NCBI GenBank assembly: GCA_027623195.1
Contig: JAQBUT010000012.1
Span: 1-64,000, forward strand
DNA from: Chloroflexota bacterium
GTDB lineage: Bacteria > Chloroflexota > Dehalococcoidia > Lucifugimonadales > JADFKI01
Reading direction: 5' to 3'
DNA length: 64,000 nt
Of this stretch, positions 56,904-64,000 are shown piece after piece (position 1 is the stretch's first letter; each line of letters opens with the position of its first letter). A program made the translations under genes and the position numbers. The notes beneath the pieces were generated by a model. It worked only from the letters and a program-made list of their open reading frames with translations. It was not told where the DNA came from and did not search any database.

Positions 56904-58337
56904 ATGAAATCCATTGTCATTGTTGCTTTCGATGGCTTGCAGCCCGCCCAGGTAACGCTCAATTTGATGCCGAATCTGGCGCGGTTCGCTGCCGACGGCG
57001 TGACATTCACCAATAATCACGCTGTGTTTCCCACAGTGACTCGCATCAACGCGGCCAGCATGGTCACCGGGATGCATCCGGGTCGCCATGGCCTGACAGC
57101 CAACACGCTGGTGGTTCGGGATTTCGATCCCTATTTGGCCTTCTCTGCGCTGGAGCCCACGTTGGCGCAGCTTGCGCAAAAGACAGGGCGAGTGTTACTT
57201 CAACCGACCCTGGCGGATATTCTTTCAGGACATGGCCAGGAGTATGTCGCGGTGGTGACGGGTACGTCGGGGAACGCCTACGTACACAATCCCAGGGCCG
57301 AGCAGTCCGGTGGCGCGACCATTCACCCCGAATTCTGTCTGCCGTATAGCCTTCACGATGAGATCGTAGGCAGATTCGGAGTGTGGCCCGAATCCGGCGT
57401 GACCAACGCGGACAAGCTGGTCAGGGGGACTGATATCGCCACTCAGTACGTGTGGCCCGAGCGCAAGCCTGCCGTTTCCTTCGTATGGTTCTCGGAGCCG
57501 GACCACGCTCAGCACGCTCACGGCGTTGGTTCGGAGGTGGCGTCAAAGGCTATTGGTGAGGCGGACGAACAGTTCGGCAGGCTGCTGTCGCATCTGGACG
57601 GCGATACTGACGTGTTCGTGATTTCGGACCACGGTTACTCCACGGTGAAAGATGCGATAGATATCGAGGCCGAGGTGCGGCAAGCCGGGTTCCCTGCTGG
57701 TGATCAGCCGGGCGGCGTTGTCGTTGCGCCTAATGGCGGCTCGGCGCTTTTCTACACTCACCAAAGCGACAGGGATACGACTGACCGCCTGGCGCAGTGG
57801 CTCATGGGTCAGCCCTGGTGTGGTGCATTGATGGCGTCTGAGGCCGTAGCGGGCATTGCTGGCACTGTGCCGGCTTCTGTGGCGGGCATGCAGGGCGAAC
57901 GGACGCCCGAACTGGCCATGTCCTTCAGGTGGGACTCTGAGGTAAACGAAGCGGGCTTCGCAGGGCACGCGTTCTCCACAAGCCTTGGTCCGGGACAGGG
58001 TCAGCACGGCTCTATGAGCAGGCACGAGACTCACAACGTGTTGTTCGCAAGAGGGCCCAGCTTTAAACAAGAGCTAACCATCGACAATCCCACGGGCAAC
58101 ATCGACCTCGCGCCGACGATTCTGAGGATTCTTGGATTGTCCGGTGGCGAGGGCATGGATGGCCGTGTGCTAGCCGAGGCGTTACGAGATGGCCCAGACG
58201 CTGCGTCAGTCCAGTGGCGCACCGACACGCATGAAGCGCAACGAGATGTGGATGGCGGGACGTACCGTCAGTACGTCAAAGTCTCGTCCGTGGGCAGCAC
58301 GACGTACGTGGACGAGGGGTTGGGCTGGGTGGAGTAG
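56904..58337 (+). CDS. Alkaline phosphatase superfamily, nucleotide pyrophosphatase/phosphodiesterase-like
   Basis: FDG, PTVT.IN...TG, EPDHAQH, SDHG, GQHG and DLAPT motifs. Confidence 0.9.
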   Translation: MKSIVIVAFDGLQPAQVTLNLMPNLARFAADGVTFTNNHAVFPTVTRINAASMVTGMHPGRHGLTANTLVVRDFDPYLAFSALEPTLAQLAQKTGRVLLQPTLADILSGHGQEYVAVVTGTSGNAYVHNPRAEQSGGATIHPEFCLPYSLHDEIVGRFGVWPESGVTNADKLVRGTDIATQYVWPERKPAVSFVWFSEPDHAQHAHGVGSEVASKAIGEADEQFGRLLSHLDGDTDVFVISDHGYSTVKDAIDIEAEVRQAGFPAGDQPGGVVVAPNGGSALFYTHQSDRDTTDRLAQWLMGQPWCGALMASEAVAGIAGTVPASVAGMQGERTPELAMSFRWDSEVNEAGFAGHAFSTSLGPGQGQHGSMSRHETHNVLFARGPSFKQELTIDNPTGNIDLAPTILRILGLSGGEGMDGRVLAEALRDGPDAASVQWRTDTHEAQRDVDGGTYRQYVKVSSVGSTTYVDEGLGWVE

Positions 58338-58366
58338 GGATCGCTTTTGTCTGACTAACAGGTTTC

Positions 58367-58399
58367 GCCGGTCCTCGCATTATTGAAACGAGGACCGGC
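58367..58399. terminator. Hairpin between convergent genes
   Basis: GCCGGTCCTCG/CGAGGACCGGC 11-bp inverted repeat. Confidence 0.65.
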
Positions 58400-58414
58400 A
58401 AATTATGCGGGTGA

Positions 58415-58960
58415 TTAGTGAGCCCCGACCGGAGTCATGGGCATTACCAGGTTGCCATAACCACTGATGGTCAGAACATGGTATTCCCATGTCCCCCAAA
58501 CGGACCAGTCCGGGTTGCCTTCATAACGCGGGTCTGTCTCATGAACGATGAGGTAATTATACGTGTTGTTGTCATCGTATCCGTAGCATCTGATGTCATT
58601 GAGAATCCAGCCGCTGTCCATATAAGGCGTATTCTCGAATTTTGCTCGATATTGCACCTGGTAGTCGCAGGTGGTCAGTGTTGCGCCGTCGAGGTCATCA
58701 ATAGAAGCCACAGTTCCGTATATGCGACCGTCACCTAGGTCCCAATACCAACCTCCGTTGGGACAGCCCGGATTACAATCGTAGGCATACACTGATGTGT
58801 AAGCCCCGACCGTTGTAACGCCCTCATCCGGGATGCCGTTGTTGTCCACGTCATACCTGTCCTTGTCATGGCCAGGTACCAGTGTGCCTGCCATGGCCAC
58901 TGACGCGGTTATCATGACCGTCATCATTGCTAATGTTAACGCGATTGCGACCCGTTTCAT
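58415..58960 (-). CDS. Secreted hypothetical protein
   Basis: GGAGG RBS; Sec signal MKRVAIALTLAMMTVMITASVAMA; DVDNNGIPD loop; Trp/Tyr/Asp-rich with four Cys. Confidence 0.75.
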   Translation of the reverse strand: MKRVAIALTLAMMTVMITASVAMAGTLVPGHDKDRYDVDNNGIPDEGVTTVGAYTSVYAYDCNPGCPNGGWYWDLGDGRIYGTVASIDDLDGATLTTCDYQVQYRAKFENTPYMDSGWILNDIRCYGYDDNNTYNYLIVHETDPRYEGNPDWSVWGTWEYHVLTISGYGNLVMPMTPVGAH

Positions 58961-59196
58961 TTCTTGCCTCCTTTGACGTATATGCCTACGCTCTCGTAGT
59001 TTATGGCTCTGTTCACTTCGCCGAATGCTGGCGCGGCCCACAAAGAGAGCCTCGATTCATGTGGGGTATCAGCACGCTTAACCTAGAAATTGAGGCCAGC
59101 ACGTGCATATTATTCATAACGCGTGTCGAGGTCAAATTCGGTTCCCAGTGATGTGCCAATAACATGCTTGGACGGGAAGAAAGGTAGGGTTTTCCC

Positions 59197-60771
59197 CTAA
59201 GTCGACGCCCGTCCTCTGCGTAGCCCTCGGCCAGGTACTGCGCCGGTGTTTTCGCCGTTCTCGATGACGATTTGGCCGTTGACGATTACGTAGTCTATGC
59301 CGACGGGGTAGTGATGGGGGTCGTCCTTGGTGGCGTCGGTGCGGACCGTCTTGGGGTCGAAGATGACGATGTCGGCCTTGAAGCCGTCGCGTAAGATCCC
59401 ACGGTCCGGCACGCCCAGGCGTTGCGCCGGGAACGACGTCATTTTGCGGATGGCCTCGGGCAGGCGCAGGTGCTTCTCGGCCCGCACGAACTCAGCCAGC
59501 ACTATGGGAAAGCAGCCGTAGGTGCGGGGGTTGGGGTACTCGCCGAACAGAATTGCGTCGCTGGCGATCATCCCTGCCGGGTGCGAAACGAACGCGGGCA
59601 GCGTCTGGGCGTTGGTGCCCAGGCCGACTGTTGATATGCCTAAGTTTTCCTCGACAAGCAGGTCGAACAGCGCGTCGGCGGGATCCTGGTTGCGCATCTG
59701 GGCGATCTCGGTAATGAGCCTGCCGTCGTACTGCTTGTTCTGTGGCTGTGTGAAATTGGTTAGCCAGTTGTTCTCCAGCCTATCCCTCACGACCTCCTTT
59801 TTCATGCGGGCGCGGTCGTTGGGGTCCTGCAACGCCGCCATCAGACGCTCGGGGCCGCCGTCTTTGGCCCAGAACGGCAGGCCTATGGTTATGGTGGTGC
59901 CAGAGTAAGGATAGGTGTAGCAGTCGAAGGTCACATCCATGCCCTCGTCGCGGGCGTTCTCCACCAGGCCAAGGTAGTCCAGGTGGCTGCCGTCCCCCTG
60001 CCTGCCCTGGCGGAAGTGCGTCAGGTGAATCGGGATGCCGCTGCGTCGACCGATATCCAGGGCCTCCTCCCATGGGGCAAGAACGCCCTGCGCCTTGAGG
60101 CTGGCCCTGGTGTGCGTATGGTAAAAGCCGCCCAGTCTTGCAGAGGCTTCCGATAAGGCTACTAGCTCGTCGGTGTCGGCGTATGCGCCGGGAGGGTAGT
60201 CCAGACCGGTGGACAGGCCCCATGCGCCCTCTTCCATTGCCTCACGGACTACCGACTTCATGTCCTCTAACTCGGCTGCTGTGGCGGGCCGCTGCTCCCA
60301 GCCAACGCTCCAGATGCGCACCGGTGAGTTGCCCAGGATGTAGGCCACGTTAATGGCCACCGTATTGTCGAACTTGCCAATGAAGTCGGCTACCGTAAGC
60401 CAGTCGGCGGGCATTGGCGGGTAGCCGTTCAAGCCGGAGTCCAGCCAGATGTAGCGGTGCAGCTCGTCCTGCGTCTTGAAGGGCGCGTGGGATATGCCGT
60501 CGATGCCAACCAGTTCTGTCGTAACGCCCTGTCGCACCTTGGGATCGTGGTGAGGCTCGCCGAGCATGGTTAGCCCTGCGTGGGAGTGAAGGTCGATGAA
60601 GCCTGGGCAGACAACGTGGCCGGTGGCGTCGATAGTACGGGCGGCTTGCAGGCCCGAGGTGTCGCCCCGGTGGATGGCGATGGTGTCGCCGGTGACCAGC
60701 ACCGCGCCGTGGAAGCCGGGGCTGCCCGTGCCGTCGATAATAAGGCCGTTTTCGATAAGTAGGTCCAGCAT
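59197..60771 (-). CDS. N-acyl-D-amino-acid deacylase family amidohydrolase
   Basis: IDGTG, PGFIDLHSH, QGVTT, GLSTGLDYPPG and PRTYG.FP motifs. Confidence 0.93.
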   Translation of the reverse strand: MLDLLIENGLIIDGTGSPGFHGAVLVTGDTIAIHRGDTSGLQAARTIDATGHVVCPGFIDLHSHAGLTMLGEPHHDPKVRQGVTTELVGIDGISHAPFKTQDELHRYIWLDSGLNGYPPMPADWLTVADFIGKFDNTVAINVAYILGNSPVRIWSVGWEQRPATAAELEDMKSVVREAMEEGAWGLSTGLDYPPGAYADTDELVALSEASARLGGFYHTHTRASLKAQGVLAPWEEALDIGRRSGIPIHLTHFRQGRQGDGSHLDYLGLVENARDEGMDVTFDCYTYPYSGTTITIGLPFWAKDGGPERLMAALQDPNDRARMKKEVVRDRLENNWLTNFTQPQNKQYDGRLITEIAQMRNQDPADALFDLLVEENLGISTVGLGTNAQTLPAFVSHPAGMIASDAILFGEYPNPRTYGCFPIVLAEFVRAEKHLRLPEAIRKMTSFPAQRLGVPDRGILRDGFKADIVIFDPKTVRTDATKDDPHHYPVGIDYVIVNGQIVIENGENTGAVPGRGLRRGRAST

Positions 60772-60791
60772 TTTTTCACCCAGTGATGCTC

Positions 60792-61538
60792 TTAAGGTTT
60801 AGGTATTTTCGCCAGGAATTCGTTTGCGCCTGAGGTTAACCAGGCGGGCCATCCGGTCATGATGAACTTCGCGCCCTGCCCCAGGAAGTGGTCGATGGTG
60901 TCGAGGGTTGCCAGGGTGCCGGGAGTGCGCCCCGCGGCGATGGTCTTCTGGATGACGCCGTCCATCACAGCCATCACATCAGGATGAAAAGGCTGGCCCA
61001 GAAGTCCCATGCTCTGCGACAGGTCTCCCGGTGCCACGAAGAATACGTCGATGCCGTCTACTTTTAGGATCTCGTCCAGTTCGTCCACGGCGGCGATATC
61101 CTCGATCATGATGACCACCAGGGTTTCGTCGTTGGCCTTCTGGACGTAGTCGGGGTCGCCGTAGCCCTGCCGGCTGCCGAACATCCCTCGCTGGCCCAGG
61201 GGGTGGAAGCGCGAAGCGTCCACAACCTGCCGAGCCTCATCGGCGTTGTTCACATGCGGCATGATGATGCCCTGAGCACCCACATCTAGCGTGCGGTAAA
61301 TGACGCCCGGCGTAATCTGGTTGACTCGGACCACGGGCGTCAGGCCCCACAGGTCGCAGGCGCGCGTCATGTCGGGTATATCGGCGAAGTCATAAGGCCC
61401 GTGTTCGGTCTCTATCCACGCGGCGTCGAACAGGCCCAGAGAGCCTATGTAGTCCAGGATGTCAGGCGAGTGAAAGCCTTCGATTATGGTGGTTACTTCA
61501 CCGTTAGCGAGCTTCCGTTTTGTAAGGTTGGGGCGCAT
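60792..61538 (-). CDS. HpcH/HpaI aldolase family protein
   Basis: IETEHG, LDVGAQG..MPHV, P.GQRG, MIE and APGDLS motifs. Confidence 0.9.
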   Translation of the reverse strand: MRPNLTKRKLANGEVTTIIEGFHSPDILDYIGSLGLFDAAWIETEHGPYDFADIPDMTRACDLWGLTPVVRVNQITPGVIYRTLDVGAQGIIMPHVNNADEARQVVDASRFHPLGQRGMFGSRQGYGDPDYVQKANDETLVVIMIEDIAAVDELDEILKVDGIDVFFVAPGDLSQSMGLLGQPFHPDVMAVMDGVIQKTIAAGRTPGTLATLDTIDHFLGQGAKFIMTGWPAWLTSGANEFLAKIPKP

Positions 61539-61575
61539 AAGAGTCCTCATTTGCTGGTTTTTAGTAGTTAGTTCT

Positions 61576-61929
61576 TTAGCCTTCCCAGCCTGTTTCCGCA
61601 GCCCAGGCTTGCAGGCCGCGTCGAAAGGCAAGGCCGCCCATGGGCATGAGGACGGTCTCCAGCGCCTCCAGGATTTCCCGAGGCGTTGCGCCCTCCGCCA
61701 GGGCTACGCGCATGTGCGCCTGGATCTGGTCCTGGTCTGCGCGCAAGGCCGTCTCCACGGCGATTTGCAACAGCTCCTTGGTTTTGCGGTCCAGCATGCG
61801 TTGGCCGGTGTAGGTGGCATCGATGAAGGTGTTGTACTTCTCCACCCATTCGGGCTCCTGGGATGCCATGATGCGGTGCATCTCCAGAGAGTAGCCTCGG
61901 TTGGGAGGAACAGGGCTGTTGGTGGTCAT
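61576..61929 (-). CDS. Carboxymuconolactone decarboxylase family protein (no CxxC)
   Basis: LDRKTKEL...H...AL..GAT..EI.E pattern. Confidence 0.88.
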   Translation of the reverse strand: MTTNSPVPPNRGYSLEMHRIMASQEPEWVEKYNTFIDATYTGQRMLDRKTKELLQIAVETALRADQDQIQAHMRVALAEGATPREILEALETVLMPMGGLAFRRGLQAWAAETGWEG

Positions 61930-62002
61930 GGTAGGCTCCTAGTCTTTCGGTCTGATTGGGCCAGGTGTGAGATTTGGGTTTAGGCTTCCTCTTCGCCTTA
62001 AT

Positions 62003-62066
62003 CCACTCCTTTAGGGAGAGGAGATTATCCCATCTCTCTTGAGGGAGAAGGTTAGGATGAGGGGGT
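62003..62066. repeat. Degenerate CCCTCTCCC-N-GGGAGAGG-type palindromic repeats
   Basis: CCACTCCTTTAGGGAGAGG and CCATCTCTCTTGAGGGAGAAGGTTAGGATGAGGGG in tandem. Confidence 0.4.
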
Positions 62067-62119
62067 AGCCTTTCGAATTCATATGTCCCTGGCCGTTTTG
62101 GATGTCGTCCGTTTTTGCT

Positions 62120-62983
62120 TTACGTAAGAAACTCGTTGATGGCTGAATCGTAGAATGACTTGCGGGTGACCTGGGCCATGAGCTCCGCCGATGCGATGGA
62201 ATCTCGCAAGTCGGCTGGGGCCACGCCCTCGCGAAGTGCCTTCAGCGTGTCGTATACACCCTTTACCGCTGCGGAGAATGGCAGATGCCCTTGCAGCGCA
62301 ACTCGTACGCCGTTTGCTCCCAGGAATTCCTTGTCGCTAAGTTCGCCACCTGCGCCGCCCAGCAACAGCGGAATGTTAACTTCTGCGTTCACGGCTTCGA
62401 CCTCGGCTTTTGTCGATGCCCCTGCCATGAAGACGGCGTCTACGCCTGCCTGCTCGTAGGCCTTGGCGCGCTTGATGGCTTCTGGGAGGCCTGAGAAAGC
62501 TAGCGCGCTGGTGCGACCGGCTATAACCATGTTGGTGTCCTGTCTGGCGGAAAGCGCGGCCTTCATCTTGCCTACGCCTTCCTCTATGGAGATCAGCTCG
62601 CCGCCCTTGGGGTGGCCGTAGGCGATGGGCAGGATGGTGTCTTCGATGGTGAGGCAGGACACCCCGGAGGTCTCCAGCTCTTCCACGGTGCGCCTGACGT
62701 TCAGGGCATTGCCGTAACCGTGGTCGGCGTCCACCATGAGGCTAAGGTTGCCTGCACGGCAGATGCGATGTATCTGCTGGGCGAACTCCGTCAGGGTGAG
62801 AACGATTAGGTCGGGGTCGCCCAATACTGTGAACGAGGCGATGGAGCCTGCGAACATACCGATCTCAAAGCCAAGGTCTTCGGCTATGCGTGCCGATATA
62901 GGATCGTAGACGGAGGCGGGGTGAACGCACACGTCGCCTTCCAGAACTGATCTGTAGTTAAGACGTCTCTGGGTAAGTTCCAT
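62120..62983 (-). CDS. Isocitrate lyase/PEP mutase family, oxaloacetate decarboxylase-like
   Basis: DADHGYGNALNV and IEDT.LP..YG (no KRCGH gating loop). Confidence 0.85.
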   Translation of the reverse strand: MELTQRRLNYRSVLEGDVCVHPASVYDPISARIAEDLGFEIGMFAGSIASFTVLGDPDLIVLTLTEFAQQIHRICRAGNLSLMVDADHGYGNALNVRRTVEELETSGVSCLTIEDTILPIAYGHPKGGELISIEEGVGKMKAALSARQDTNMVIAGRTSALAFSGLPEAIKRAKAYEQAGVDAVFMAGASTKAEVEAVNAEVNIPLLLGGAGGELSDKEFLGANGVRVALQGHLPFSAAVKGVYDTLKALREGVAPADLRDSIASAELMAQVTRKSFYDSAINEFLT

Positions 62984-63063
62984 GGGAATCTCCTCTCAAA
63001 TTAGGTCGTGCGCAATTCTATACCAATCGGGTGCGTGAGGCTATTGGGGGAGTTGGCAAGCCA

Positions 63064-63110
63064 AGAAGAAACCTGCGGCGGCGCTGATTATGCAAGGCGC
63101 CGCCGCAGGT
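63064..63110 (-). terminator. Intrinsic terminator after the MscS gene
   Basis: ACCTGCGGCGGCGC/GCGCCGCCGCAGGT 14-bp stem followed by TTCTTCTT on the minus strand. Confidence 0.75.
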
Positions 63111-63158
63111 GATTCGGTTCAGAGACGTGTATGGGTTATGAAACTGAGCCCAATGTTG

Positions 63159-64000
63159 TTAGTTGTTCCGCACGTTGGTGGACTCAGGGCTGTTGCCGAA
63201 ATAGACCTTGGTGTGCGGCCACGGTATTTCGATGCCCTCCTGATCAAAACGAACCTTGATTCGTTTACGAAACTCGCCCATCAACGGGACACGACTCATG
63301 GGTTCCGTGTCGCCCAATATCTTGATGTCGACACTGATATCCCCAAGATTGTCCACTCGGCTGACGCTTGGCGTAGTCAGCATCTGGTCTCCCCACTGCG
63401 GGTCCGACTTTAGCTTTTCGCACTCCTCATTGATCACAGCAATAACCCTGTCGATGTCTTCCCCGTAACCGACCCCGATGTCTAGATTAATTCGCGCCCA
63501 GTACCTGGTCATATTGCTGGCAAGACGGATATTGCTGTTCGGCACGACATGCATAGTGCCATCCAGGTCTCTCAGGATTGTTCGCCGGAGATTGATGTCT
63601 TCGACCAGTCCCGCAACGCCAGCTATGCTTGCGACTTCTCCCACCCGAAACCAGTCTTCCATCACGATGAAAAAGCCGTGCAGATAATCCCGGATGATAT
63701 TTTGAGCTGCGAAGCCAACGGCTAATCCCACGACACCAGCTGCGGCAATTATTGGACCTGTATTTATTCCAATTGCGCCTAACATGGTCATTATGGACAC
63801 GAGCCAGATCGCAAATGAGATCGTCTTTACTACCACCCGCGAAAGGGTCTCGGACCTCTGGGAAAGCTGACCGTCCGTCTCATCGCGCAGCTTGGGAATC
63901 CGAACGCTAATGGCTTTTGGCACCACCCTCTTTGGAATCGCAACAACTATGAACGTAACGATAAGTATTATGAGAACCTTGATTGCGCTGCCGACTAGAA
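63159..64000 (-). CDS. Small-conductance mechanosensitive channel (MscS family), 5'-truncated by the window edge
   Basis: GLAVGFAAQ...D...G, G.VE.I.LR.T, VPNS and GIEIP motifs; frame is open to the window end. Confidence 0.92.
   Translation of the reverse strand, partial: LVGSAIKVLIILIVTFIVVAIPKRVVPKAISVRIPKLRDETDGQLSQRSETLSRVVVKTISFAIWLVSIMTMLGAIGINTGPIIAAAGVVGLAVGFAAQNIIRDYLHGFFIVMEDWFRVGEVASIAGVAGLVEDINLRRTILRDLDGTMHVVPNSNIRLASNMTRYWARINLDIGVGYGEDIDRVIAVINEECEKLKSDPQWGDQMLTTPSVSRVDNLGDISVDIKILGDTEPMSRVPLMGEFRKRIKVRFDQEGIEIPWPHTKVYFGNSPESTNVRNN

Noticed and set aside
56763..57179. N-terminal extension of the 533-aa LLM ORF
   Set aside because: It overlaps the opposite-strand phosphodiesterase; an RBS supports ATG 56762 as the start.
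1..64000. CRISPR arrays, rRNA/tRNA genes, transposases, integrases, prophage genes
   Set aside because: No regularly spaced repeats or diagnostic motifs were found by eye; short divergent RNAs could have been missed.

Overview
A bacterial chromosome segment with GC-rich coding regions and several AT-rich intergenic blocks. The gene content suggests Chloroflexota of the Dehalococcoidia/SAR202 type (inference): many paralogous SDRs, enoyl-CoA hydratases, a luciferase-like monooxygenase, a PPOX-class protein, a CaiB CoA-transferase, an enolase-superfamily protein, an amidase and a Mo-hydroxylase. Core loci are pdxA-proC-yggT/yggU, birA, rpmH-rnpA-yidD-(beta-propeller lipoprotein)-yidC-jag, and phoP-phoR-pstSCAB-phoU with PHO-box-like repeat arrays. 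The rest is mostly catabolic genes. Items the ORF track misses or splits: (1) an AhpD-like selenoprotein read through an in-frame TGA (CxxU) with a bacterial SECIS hairpin; (2) a locus at about 1.93-2.40 kb with two structured RNA-like elements sharing an identical 17-mer plus two small ORFs; (3) rpmH; (4) a decaying metal/redox lipoprotein cluster (His-rich cytochrome c frameshifted at a C8 tract, SHOCT-protein pseudogene); (5) a 39-aa signal-peptide-like microprotein. A PLD-nuclease/DpnI-type winged-helix fusion (candidate methyl-dependent restriction enzyme) and two tandem active/degenerate enzyme pairs are also present. No rRNA, tRNA, CRISPR array, transposase or integrase was recognised. 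All calls come from reading the sequence; no searches were run.
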